DNA from: a virus
Lineage: Duplodnaviria; Heunggongvirae; Uroviricota; Caudoviricetes
Direction: 5' to 3' (one strand)
DNA: 64,000 nucleotides
IMG/VR virus record: IMGVR_UViG_650377940_000003
Location: 87,323 to 151,322 of that record
Part shown: piece by piece, positions 52,846 to 62,259 of the stretch
How the letters are laid out: each line of letters opens with the position of its first letter
Position numbering within the stretch: position 1 is the first letter of the stretch
Translations under genes and position numbers: made by a program
The notes under the pieces: model-generated
What the model was told of the DNA's origin: nothing
Seen by the model: only the letters and a program-made list of their open reading frames with translations
Database searches by the model: none

Positions 52846-54861
52846 TTGGAACAACTGATCGACTTTCACGCACCGGAAGTGCAGGCGGTGCTGGATACAC
52901 TTCTAAAAGACCGCTCCACCGGTAAAAACATCATCTGGGCCACCGACCCGCCGGAGGAACTGCAAACGGTGATGTACGAACCTGTCACGGATAAATCCCA
53001 GATCACCACCCAGCAGCTCGGGCTGACCCACTACGAGGTGGTGCTGCCCCGGATGATGAAGCAGACCGACACCCAGCAGCAGCGCACCCGCAAAAAAGGC
53101 GAGGTGTTCAGCCCCGCATGGGTCTGCAACAAGATGAACAATGCACTGGATGCCGACTGGTTCCGTGGGCTGGGGGCAGGGGAGACCGCCGGGCAGTTCA
53201 CGGTGGAACTGCCCCAAGGCTGGCAGACGGTGGAAACGCCGGTGCGGTTCCCAGCTTGCGGGGGCAGGACCCCGGCATGGGTGCAGTATGTGCAGAGCCG
53301 CCGCTTGGAGGTGACCTGCGGCGAAGCCCCCTTTCTGGCGTCTCGGTACGATGCCGCCACCGGCGAGATGATCCCGGTAGCCCGGCGCATTGGCATTTTG
53401 GACCGCAAGCTGCGTGTGGTAAGCGAGAACGCCGCCACAGAGGACGAGTGGCGCAAATATGCCACCCATGCGGTGCAGTCCACCTACGGCTACGAGTATC
53501 AGGGTGATAACCTTTTGCTGGCGAGGGTCAACCTGCTGCTGACCTATGCAGAGCATCTGCAAGCCCGCTGGCAGCGCAAACCCACAAAAGAAGAGTTACA
53601 GCCTATCGCCAACATCATCAGCTGGAACCTGTGGCAGATGGACGGCTTGCACCTCTCTGTGCCCGGCGGCAAGCCCCAGCCGGAGACAGAACAGCTTGAC
53701 CTCTTTTCCATGTTCGGGGCGGCAGAGCCGCAGCTGCCCACGGTATCCTGTAAAGTGAAAAACTGGCGCAAGGGCAGCCATGGAACCGCCCAGAACTTTG
53801 AAACCATTCAGGAAGGGAGTACCAGCATGAAGTTTGATTATGTCATCGGAAACCCGCCGTATCAGGATGAAACCCTTGGCGATAACAAAGGCTTTGCACC
53901 GCCAGTATATAACAAATTTCTGGATGCGTCTTATGAAATTGCGGATAAGGTGGAAATGATTCACCCTGCACGGTTTTTGTTCAATGCTGGCTCTACGCCA
54001 AAAGCATGGAATGAGAAAATGCTGAGTGACCCGCACTTTAAGGTTTTGCACTATGAAGCTGATGCAAGCTCGATTTTCCCGAATACTGACATTAAAGGAG
54101 GAGTGGTTGTTTCATATAGGGATAGCTGTTCGGATTTTGGCGCAATCGGAGTGTTTACTAAATATGCAAAACTGAATGCGATTCTCCATAAGGTCACAGA
54201 AACGGCTGATTTTATTTCGTTAAGCAATATTGTGGTGACGAGAACAGCATATAGATTGACCGACAAAATGCACGAGGATCATCCAGAAGCAATCGGTCAG
54301 TTGAGCAAGGGTCATGCTTACGATATGGCAACAAATATATTTGACCGATTGCCACAAATATTTTTTGATGCGAAGCCAACAGATGGAAACGATTATATCC
54401 GAATATTAGGACGAACAAACAATGAACGTGCATATAAGTATGTGAGAAGGGATTATGTCAACAAGGTGAAAAACCTTGATAAATTCAAGCTGTTTATTCC
54501 GAAAGCAAATGGAATAGGTGCGTTTGGAGAAGTAATATCGTCACCAATCACGGCAACACCCGGAGTTGGTTCAACTGAAACATTTCTGAGCATTGGTATC
54601 CTAGACTCCGAGTATGAGATGGGTGCAGCATTAAAATACATAAAAACAAAATTTGCACGGGCATTATTAGGTGTTTTGAAAACTACACAAGATATTACAC
54701 CAGACAAATGGAAATACGTTCCCCTTCAAGATTTTACCGCCCATTCCGACATTGATTGGAGCAAGTCGGTGGCGGAAATCGACCAGCAGCTTTACCGCAA
54801 GTATGACCTGACTGCGGACGAGATCGAATTTATCGAGACCCATGTAAAGGAGATGGCATAA
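52846..54861 (+). CDS. gamma-class N6-adenine DNA methyltransferase (Eco57I/TaqI-like) with C-terminal TRD
   Basis: Motif X GEVFSPAWV near N-terminus, motif IV FDYVIGNPPYQ; stop overlaps start of next gene (TAATG). Confidence 0.7.
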   Translation: MEQLIDFHAPEVQAVLDTLLKDRSTGKNIIWATDPPEELQTVMYEPVTDKSQITTQQLGLTHYEVVLPRMMKQTDTQQQRTRKKGEVFSPAWVCNKMNNALDADWFRGLGAGETAGQFTVELPQGWQTVETPVRFPACGGRTPAWVQYVQSRRLEVTCGEAPFLASRYDAATGEMIPVARRIGILDRKLRVVSENAATEDEWRKYATHAVQSTYGYEYQGDNLLLARVNLLLTYAEHLQARWQRKPTKEELQPIANIISWNLWQMDGLHLSVPGGKPQPETEQLDLFSMFGAAEPQLPTVSCKVKNWRKGSHGTAQNFETIQEGSTSMKFDYVIGNPPYQDETLGDNKGFAPPVYNKFLDASYEIADKVEMIHPARFLFNAGSTPKAWNEKMLSDPHFKVLHYEADASSIFPNTDIKGGVVVSYRDSCSDFGAIGVFTKYAKLNAILHKVTETADFISLSNIVVTRTAYRLTDKMHEDHPEAIGQLSKGHAYDMATNIFDRLPQIFFDAKPTDGNDYIRILGRTNNERAYKYVRRDYVNKVKNLDKFKLFIPKANGIGAFGEVISSPITATPGVGSTETFLSIGILDSEYEMGAALKYIKTKFARALLGVLKTTQDITPDKWKYVPLQDFTAHSDIDWSKSVAEIDQQLYRKYDLTADEIEFIETHVKEMA

Positions 54862-57800
54862 TGGCTGGCATAACCCTGCGCACTGCCCGGCAGGTGGTGC
54901 CCATGATCTACGCCTATACCACCCCGGAAATTGCCCGGCACAACGGCTGGACGAAGATCGGCTACACCGAGCAGTCGGTGGACAAACGCCTGAAACAGCA
55001 GACTCACACCGCCGATGTGCTGTTCCATGAGGAGTGGCGGGGCAATGCCGTCTACGATGACGGCAGCGGCGAGGTGTTCACTGACCACGATTTCCACGCC
55101 TACCTCCGCAAGCTGAATGTGGAGAACGACCGCAAAAATGAGTGGTTCCATCTGGATGGACAGCAGTCCCGGCGGTATTTTCAGGATTTCCGCATGAACC
55201 GGGGTAGGGTGCAGCTGGATGCCGCCATCGCCTACACCCTGCGGGAAGAACAGGAAAGGGCTGTCCGCGACACCAAAACCTATTACCAGAGCCACCCCGG
55301 CGGGGAATACCTCTGGAACGCCAAGCCCCGCTTTGGCAAGACCCTCTCCGTCTACGACTTCTGCAAGCAGGTCGATGCACAGACGGTGCTCATCGTCACC
55401 AACCGCCCTGCCATCGCCAACAGCTGGTACAGCGACTATGTGCGCTTTCTGGGCAGGGAGTCCGGCTATCTGTTCGTCAGTCATGTGGATGCCCTTGCCG
55501 GGCAGCCCCATGTGCTGGACGAGCAAGGCTATCTGGATGCCGCCGCACAGGGCGAGGAACTGTATAAGCGCATTGAGTTCGTCAGCTTGCAGGACATGAA
55601 AGGCTCCAAGTATTTCGGCGGCGAGTACGACAAGCTGCGCCACCTGACCGAGCTGAACTGGGATGTGCTGGTCATCGACGAAGCCCACGAGGGCGTGGAC
55701 ACCTACAAGACCGACCTTGCCTTTGACCGCATCCGCCACAAGTTCACGCTGCACCTGTCCGGCACGCCCTTCAAGGCACTGGCGAACGACAAGTTTGCCG
55801 GGGATGCCATCTTCAACTGGACTTACGCCGACGAGCAGGCCGCCAAGCGGAACTGGCAGGGCGCACCGGGGCAGCAGAATCCCTACGCAAACCTCCCTAT
55901 GCTCAACCTCTACACCTACCAGATGTCCGAGATCATCCGGGACGAGATCCGGCAGGGCGTGGAGATCGACGGCGAAACGCAGGAATTTGCCTTTGACCTG
56001 AACGAATTCTTCAAGGTGAAGTCGGGCGGCAGCTTTGAGCACGAAGCCGAGGTAGACCGCTTTCTGGATGCCATGACCACCCAGAACAAATTTCCGTTTT
56101 CCACCCCGGAACTGCGTGCCGAACTGAAGCACACCTTCTGGCTGCTGAACCGGGTGGACAGCGCCAGAGCGCTGGCGAAAAAGCTGCAGGCGCACCCGGT
56201 ATTCCGGGACTACGAGGTGATCCTTGCCGCCGGTGACGGCAAGCTGGACGACACGGACGAGAACCAGAAGAGCTTTGACCGGGTAAAAGCCGCCATCGCC
56301 CACCACGAAAAGACCATCACCCTGTCGGTGGGGCAGCTGACCACCGGTGTCACCATCCCGGAGTGGTCGGCGGTGCTGATGCTCTCCAACCTGAAAAGCC
56401 CGGCACTGTATATGCAGGCAGCGTTCCGTGCCCAGAACCCCTGCCTTTTCCACGAAAACGGCACCTTCCGCCGCAAAGAGAACGCCTATGTGTTCGATTT
56501 TGACCCCGCCCGCACCCTGCTGATCTACGAGCAGTTCGCCAACGATCTTTCACAGGACACCGCCAGCGGCAAGGGCGACACCGAGGAGCGCAAGGCGCAC
56601 ATTCAGAATCTGCTCAACTTCTTCCCGGTCATCGGCGAGGACGAGGAAGGGGAGATGATCCCGCTGGATGCAGAAAAAGTCCTCAGCATCCCCCGGAAGA
56701 TCAAGTCCAAGGAAGTGGTGCGGATGGGCTTCCAGAGCAACTTCCTGTTCCAGAACATTTCCAACGTGTTCAGTGCCCCGCAGGAGGTGCTGGACATTCT
56801 GCAAAACTTCCAGCCCATCAGCGAGGCAAAGGCAAAGCCCATCCAGATCACCCCGGAGACCGGCGCAGACCTCTCCCTGAACGACAAGGGCGAGGTGGAT
56901 TTGGACGAGGGCTACGTCATCGGCAAGGCAGCGGATGTGTTCGGGGAGAAGATCTACGAAAGCACCCCGGCACTGGACACCGCCCTGCAAGACCTGACCG
57001 ATGCCCCGGCTCCTGCCAAAGAAGAGCATCTGGAACCACTGAAAAAGAGCATCACCAAGGAAATCATCACCCCTATGGTGGAACAGGCAAAGCAGGAGTA
57101 TGGTCGGGACCTGAAGCTGTCCGACCAGAAGCGGTTCGAGAGCACCGCCAAAGCCAAGATGGACGTGGCGGTGAACAAGGTGGTGGACAACTACCGCATC
57201 GACCAGAGCCAGCTGGAGACCCAGCGCACCCAGCAGCTGCAAAGCTGCGCCACCGCCCAGCAGCGCCAGCAGGTGAACCGGGAGTTTGACGCAAAGCAGC
57301 AGCAGAGCACCGCCGCCCTGATGGAAAACCTGCAATCCACCATCCAGCAGACGGCGCAGGAAATGCAGCAGACCATCGTGCGCACCGTGGAGACCAACCA
57401 GAAGGAGCAGGAGAAAAAGGGCTACGAGGACACCGTCCGTGACCATCTCCGGGGCTTTTCCCGCACCATCCCGTCCTTCCTCATGGCCTACGGCGACGAG
57501 ACCGTGACACTGGCGAATTTTGACCGGATCATCCCGGACAAGGTCTTTCAGGAGGTCACCAGCATCACGCTGGAGCAGTTCCGTTTTTTGCGGGACGGCG
57601 GGCCGTACATCAACCAGACCACTGGACAGGAGGAGCATTTTGCAGGCCACCTGTTCGACCCGGTGGTGTTTGACGATTCGGTGAAGGAGTTTTTGAACCT
57701 GAAGGTCAAACTGGCGGATTACTTTGACGAGAGCCGCACCGAGGATATCTTCGATTACATCCCGCCCCAGAAAACCAACCAGATCTTTACCCCCAAGTGG

Positions 57801-58169
57801 GTGGTGAAAAAGATGGTGGACCTGCTGGAGCAGGAAAACCCCGGCTGCTTCGATGACCCCGGCAAGACCTTCCTGGACCCCTACATGAAGTCCGGTCTGT
57901 ACATTACGGAAATCGTCAAGCGCCTTTACCGCAGCGAGAAGATGCGGCAGGCTTTCCCGGACGATAACGCCCGGCTGGAACATATCTTTGCCAAGCAGGT
58001 CTATGGGCTTGCCCCGACAGAGATCATTTACCGCATTGCCATCAGCTACATTCTGGGTTTTGCAAAGGATCACGGCATCACCGCCCACCATATCCGTCAG
58101 GCGGATACGCTGGAATTTGCCAAGGCGGGCACCATGGAAAGGGAACTGGATAAGATTTTCAGAGACTGA
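54861..58169 (+). CDS. GIY-YIG-like nuclease + SF2 (DEAH) helicase fusion with Q-rich linker and C-terminal MTase-N-lobe-like segment
   Basis: N-terminal MIYAYT...KIGYT (GIY-YIG-like); helicase motifs NAKPRFGKT (I), VIDEAHEG (II), LSGTPF (III), TTGVTIPE and QAAFRAQN (V/VI); C-terminal IFTPKWVVKKMVDLL...FLDPYMKSG resembling MTase motifs X/I. Confidence 0.6.
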   Translation: MAGITLRTARQVVPMIYAYTTPEIARHNGWTKIGYTEQSVDKRLKQQTHTADVLFHEEWRGNAVYDDGSGEVFTDHDFHAYLRKLNVENDRKNEWFHLDGQQSRRYFQDFRMNRGRVQLDAAIAYTLREEQERAVRDTKTYYQSHPGGEYLWNAKPRFGKTLSVYDFCKQVDAQTVLIVTNRPAIANSWYSDYVRFLGRESGYLFVSHVDALAGQPHVLDEQGYLDAAAQGEELYKRIEFVSLQDMKGSKYFGGEYDKLRHLTELNWDVLVIDEAHEGVDTYKTDLAFDRIRHKFTLHLSGTPFKALANDKFAGDAIFNWTYADEQAAKRNWQGAPGQQNPYANLPMLNLYTYQMSEIIRDEIRQGVEIDGETQEFAFDLNEFFKVKSGGSFEHEAEVDRFLDAMTTQNKFPFSTPELRAELKHTFWLLNRVDSARALAKKLQAHPVFRDYEVILAAGDGKLDDTDENQKSFDRVKAAIAHHEKTITLSVGQLTTGVTIPEWSAVLMLSNLKSPALYMQAAFRAQNPCLFHENGTFRRKENAYVFDFDPARTLLIYEQFANDLSQDTASGKGDTEERKAHIQNLLNFFPVIGEDEEGEMIPLDAEKVLSIPRKIKSKEVVRMGFQSNFLFQNISNVFSAPQEVLDILQNFQPISEAKAKPIQITPETGADLSLNDKGEVDLDEGYVIGKAADVFGEKIYESTPALDTALQDLTDAPAPAKEEHLEPLKKSITKEIITPMVEQAKQEYGRDLKLSDQKRFESTAKAKMDVAVNKVVDNYRIDQSQLETQRTQQLQSCATAQQRQQVNREFDAKQQQSTAALMENLQSTIQQTAQEMQQTIVRTVETNQKEQEKKGYEDTVRDHLRGFSRTIPSFLMAYGDETVTLANFDRIIPDKVFQEVTSITLEQFRFLRDGGPYINQTTGQEEHFAGHLFDPVVFDDSVKEFLNLKVKLADYFDESRTEDIFDYIPPQKTNQIFTPKWVVKKMVDLLEQENPGCFDDPGKTFLDPYMKSGLYITEIVKRLYRSEKMRQAFPDDNARLEHIFAKQVYGLAPTEIIYRIAISYILGFAKDHGITAHHIRQADTLEFAKAGTMERELDKIFRD

Positions 58170-58192
58170 CAAATAGAATACAGCATAAAAAC

Positions 58193-58233
58193 AAAGGCGG
58201 CTGTCTGCATGGGTGCAGATGGCCGCCTTTTTG
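58193..58233. terminator. bidirectional terminator between convergent genes
   Basis: GGCGGC...GCCGCC hairpin then TTTTTG. Confidence 0.6.
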
Positions 58234-58312
58234 TGCTATGCCTGTTACAAAAATGAAAGCTGTTGAACGTCCGGCAAATCGTTTTCAGGTGTGGAATGAT
58301 TGGCTTTTTTCA

Positions 58313-60100
58313 TCATGTTTCCAATGGTTTTTTGATGGTGGACTTGGTTTCGATCCCTTGCTTGCGCATCTTTGTATCATTGGTGTTTTTTTGAACCGAG
58401 CAGATACTGGATTTCAAGATACGATTGTAGAAGTCCATTGCCATGATATTCGTCCGCTCATTTATATCAATCGTGGACTTTCCAGCATATCGCTGAGCGA
58501 TATTCCGTGCGGTATAAAACATTGATGTTTCATAAATTTTAAGTTTGCTGGCGAAATCTTTTCCATTGCACCGTGAATTTAGGCTGTCTTCAAGAGGAAT
58601 CAAATTCCCAATAATGCCATTTTCAGGGGAATTTGTATCATCCAAGATATGTTCGATCGTGAAGGCAGCACACTGCTTACTGGCACATTTGTATCGTTCA
58701 AGGACTTCCAAAACAACTTGCACACGTTCCTTGTTTCGGTCATCGTCGTAATACCCAGCGTGATGTGACCACCCTAAATTGGAGAATGCTTTGAGAAAGA
58801 CTTCTTTGCTGGGAAGTTTATTCTTTAACTCTGAGATAAAGCATTCCAATGCGGAGTCGGAGTAGTGGTTTTCGAGAATACTGGAATTTTTGTAAATCGC
58901 ATTTGTTATTTTGTTCGAATTTTCTTGTCCAATAATGGTATAGCAGATGAAAAAATCATAGAGAAACAGAAGGGTCTCCTCGTACTTCTCTTGGCTGAGG
59001 TGACCGAGTTCATATTGATGAATTAGACTTAAAAGGATAGGACGAATTTGTTCTTGCCGATGCTTTTTGAAAAAAGCATACACTTTAAATTCAACATTCG
59101 AACAGTTTGCAGATTCCTCAGATTGAGAAGGAGAAAGAAGGCGGTTGTAGTAGATGGACTTCTGATAAATATCGTCAAGAAGCGGAACAGTTGGAATGCC
59201 TTTGTTGGAATCACGAATGAGTTTATAATCGCTGATACCTTCCTGAACAGAGGTTCTATATTTGTGGGTTGCATAATGTTTTACAAAGCGTTCGATGTTG
59301 TTACCTAAAAGCGATTCGATCTCCGACCAAGTGGTTTTCGCAGTGTCGACATCTCCATCGGGTCTAATGCCTCTTAGAATAAAGTTCTTTAATAGTTCAT
59401 GCCCTTCCAATGCTGAGCCGCGAGCGTTTAAAATCTCAAAAATCGTGTACGCATCTTCCTCGGAAGATGCGGTAATATCAACATATAGCAGATTGTCCGT
59501 TATGGCGGTTCGTAAATTGAGTAGGACTTGAATTGGGGAAAGAGTAGATTCTTCAATATGTTTATAGATGCTGTTTATGAAAAACACAAAGGCAGCTGCG
59601 AGATTCTTGTTGTTTTGAGAAAACTGCTTTACAAGTGCTGCGGTTTCAAAACGCTTTGCCATATTTGGAGAAATTGAAAAGAGTCCAGTAATAATTCGCT
59701 CTAGTGCAATATATTGCTCAGACTTGATGACCATGGCTTCCTGATTTAAATCGTCACGAGTGAACAAATACTGCTTTGTTCCTCGAAATTCGTCGTCAAA
59801 TTCATAGCAATGAAGGCAAAAGGCTACACTTGCAAGAAAAATTGTTAGGGAAATAATTCGTTGTTGACCATCTACAATTGTAAAATATGAGATGCCGTTT
59901 TTGCGGTCGTTCTCTTTGTAAAGAACGATACTTCCGATGAAGTGGGTTGCTTCTTTTCCGGTAGCAACGAGCAAGACATCATCAAATAACTCTTGCCAGT
60001 TTCTTTTGTTCCATACATACTGTCGCTGGTTTCGGGGCGTTCCATAACAACGCTTGGTGAAAAGGTCGTAGACGTGTTTGTCATCTGCTTCAAAACTCAA
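58313..60100 (-). CDS. GmrSD-like Type IV (modification-dependent) restriction endonuclease, DUF262 + DUF1524
   Basis: N-terminal ParB-like DGQQR motif (TIVDGQQRIISL); C-terminal HNH-like EHILD...N...PLEDSLNSRCNG; low GC (about 40%) inside high-GC island. Confidence 0.7.
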   Translation of the reverse strand: MSFEADDKHVYDLFTKRCYGTPRNQRQYVWNKRNWQELFDDVLLVATGKEATHFIGSIVLYKENDRKNGISYFTIVDGQQRIISLTIFLASVAFCLHCYEFDDEFRGTKQYLFTRDDLNQEAMVIKSEQYIALERIITGLFSISPNMAKRFETAALVKQFSQNNKNLAAAFVFFINSIYKHIEESTLSPIQVLLNLRTAITDNLLYVDITASSEEDAYTIFEILNARGSALEGHELLKNFILRGIRPDGDVDTAKTTWSEIESLLGNNIERFVKHYATHKYRTSVQEGISDYKLIRDSNKGIPTVPLLDDIYQKSIYYNRLLSPSQSEESANCSNVEFKVYAFFKKHRQEQIRPILLSLIHQYELGHLSQEKYEETLLFLYDFFICYTIIGQENSNKITNAIYKNSSILENHYSDSALECFISELKNKLPSKEVFLKAFSNLGWSHHAGYYDDDRNKERVQVVLEVLERYKCASKQCAAFTIEHILDDTNSPENGIIGNLIPLEDSLNSRCNGKDFASKLKIYETSMFYTARNIAQRYAGKSTIDINERTNIMAMDFYNRILKSSICSVQKNTNDTKMRKQGIETKSTIKKPLET

Positions 60101-60639
60101 TGAAAGTCACCTCTTTTTCAGTGGATGGATTTGACCATTTGCTAATTAAGTTCATTTTAACCCATAAGAGCCAGAAAATCAACATTAACGCTATGATTTG
60201 GAAGTTGCGGTTTACCGATGAAAAAACGGAATGGACTGAAAAGCTAATAATATAGAAAAACCAATACTGACTTCTACATAATCGCAAGCGACAGTTATGC
60301 GACAGTATGCTAGTGCAGGCTTCATCTAACGGATGCGGTTTACGGGTTTAGGTGTTCCCAATAAACATTCCGCAAAACGAAATGCCGTTTATATGCTGAC
60401 GAATTGTTGGCTTACGCTACGGAGACTCCTAGGGGGCTTTCCAAATTTCAAAGCCATTTTGTAAACCAGACCGTCAGCTTTCAACTTTGACTTGAAACTG
60501 GCGGTTATTTCATAACCTAGATGATTTTCGAGTTCACAACACCATATCAAACAGGATAGGCTACCTTGTTCTCTATCTTTTTGCCAAAGTTCCCCTTACA
60601 TTTTCTTGCAAGCTGCCGAAAGTATCGTATTTTCAAAAC

Positions 60640-60810
60640 TTTTTGTTGACATGGCTCGATTTTTGTGGTAGTCTATCTCAACAATTTAATATAACATATT
60701 TACTTAGAGTTCCAGCTCGGCTCCCGAAGGAGCCGGAGCAAGTTTTTGACTTTCTTATCGCTACATAACGAACCCGAATCAAGGCCATCCCTGAAGGGAT
60801 GGTCAGGTTC
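60640..60810 (+). ncRNA. putative small RNA: promoter TTGACA-17-TAGTCT, short transcript ending in two GC hairpins and T tract
   Basis: TTGACA at about 60649; hairpins GCTCGGCTCC-CGAA-GGAGCCGGAGC (60713-60738) plus TTTTTG, and GGCCATCCC-TGAA-GGGATGGTC (60781-60803). Confidence 0.3.
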
Positions 60811-61029
60811 AGGTTGTTGTGTGGCGATTTTTTATTGCCAAATCCAGCACCGCACCTTGAAAACCGCATGACCGTCTGCATGGGATACCCGGCGATGACC
60901 CCGCAAGGGAGAGCCGGAAAACGCCGCCGGAAGGGGGCAGGAAATCCATGCAGGGAGAACGGCACACCCAATATCAATTGGTCAAAATGGCCAGTTGATC
61001 TGGTGAATGACGCTTTGTGTCATTCACCA

Positions 61030-62250
61030 GAAAAACCTTATGTGTTACGGCTTACCTCATGTGGACAAATTGTCTACATGAGGTAAATTGGCCGCAGCTT
61101 GAATCAATGTAGACAATTTGTCCACATTGACTCCGTTCGTGTTACGTTTGACCTCGACTCGACATTTTGTCAAGCCACGGTGAAATCTGGTAAGTGCTGA
61201 TTTCCGGTACTTACCAGATTACTGTAACACGATCGTTCTGTGGCGGGTTACGAAAACCGCAACTCACCACTTGGAAGTGGTAAATGGACAAAATGTCCAC
61301 TTACCACCCAGCCATAACGCACAGATTTTAGTTGGTGATCATTTTGATCACCAACCAGACAATCGTAACGCTTTATTATGTAAAAGTGGTGGTTACCATT
61401 TTGGTAATCACCATATACCCGTAACATTTGGGGCAAATAATGCTTTTCATTATCCACCACACACCCGTAACAGCCAAAGGAGGATGCCTATGACAACAGA
61501 ACAATGGGAACGTGAAAATCAGGACACCCTGATGGAATATTTCATTGATGGCGACCCCAGTGTGCGCAGAATCCAATGTGAATACTGCCGCAAGGTCATC
61601 TACACCCAGACCCGGAACCGCAAGTATTGCAGCTTCCAAACCTGCGGTCACAAGATGCTGAATCTGCGGAAAAGCCTTAAAAAGCGCGTTGAGCGAGGAA
61701 AGTATACCTGCGCTTGCTGCGGGGAGCAGTTCTTACCGATTCGGGCAGATGCCAGATATTGCAGCAATGCCTGTCGGCAGAAAGACTACCGCCAGCGCAA
61801 AGCGAATGCTGCTTCTATCCTGTAAAGTGGTGCTTCCCATTTTGGGAAGTACCACTTTACCGTAACGCCTAATCGCTCACTCCCAAATCCCCAAAGTGGG
61901 AATTGGGGCTGTCATCTGAAATCAAATTATCAAAATGGTAACTTGATTTCATCCGTGGCAGAGCCACCGGAGTTCTCATTTTGATAACTTCGGTTTTACC
62001 TGTAACACGTCACTCCCACTCGTAAAAATCAGGTGGTCAAGATGACCACCTGATTCCACCTGTAACGCTGCAAGGCCTATTGAAAATCAGGTGCCGCCAC
62101 CCGGCACTTGATTCTACCCGTAACAGAATCAGTTGGTCATTTTGGCCAACTGAAAAAGCCGGACAAGTTGGTGGACAGGGATTCGCAAATCTTTGACCGC
62201 CAGCTTGCCAAAATCAACGGGCCAAAATGGCCCGTTGAAGGGAGTCAAGG
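61030..62250. repeat. array of about 15 distinct imperfect palindromes, many followed by a CGTAAC/CTGTAAC motif (iteron/oriT/ori-like region)
   Basis: For example TTACCTCATGTGGACAAATTGTCTACATGAGGTAA, AATCTGGTAAGT..ACTTACCAGATT, TTGGTGATCATTTTGATCACCAA, AATCAGGTGGTCAAGATGACCACCTGATT, CAGTTGGTCATTTTGGCCAACTG, AACGGGCCAAAATGGCCCGTT. Confidence 0.6.
61490..61825 (+). CDS. small protein with two FCS/YCS-type zinc-finger repeats (YCSxxC...YRQRK)
   Basis: RKYCSFQTCGHK and ARYCSNACRQKDYRQRK; RBS AAAGGAGGA; embedded in the palindrome array. Confidence 0.35.
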   Translation: MTTEQWERENQDTLMEYFIDGDPSVRRIQCEYCRKVIYTQTRNRKYCSFQTCGHKMLNLRKSLKKRVERGKYTCACCGEQFLPIRADARYCSNACRQKDYRQRKANAASIL

Positions 62251-62259
62251 GGGAACGCC

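Noticed and set aside
52903-54051. Minus-strand ORFs inside the N6-MTase gene
   Set aside because: Antisense artefacts in high-GC coding sequence.
56550-58172. 540-aa minus-strand ORF (and 54792..56453 minus, 553 aa) antisense to the helicase gene
   Set aside because: High-GC coding DNA yields long stop-free antisense frames. Translations are low-complexity (G/A/L/V/Q-rich) with no motifs, and they overlap a well-supported plus-strand gene.
60799-61086. 95-aa plus ORF and 60678..60977 minus ORF in the sRNA/palindrome region
   Set aside because: No RBS, Pro/Arg/Gly-rich translations typical of GC-rich noncoding DNA. The region is better explained as hairpins and palindromes.
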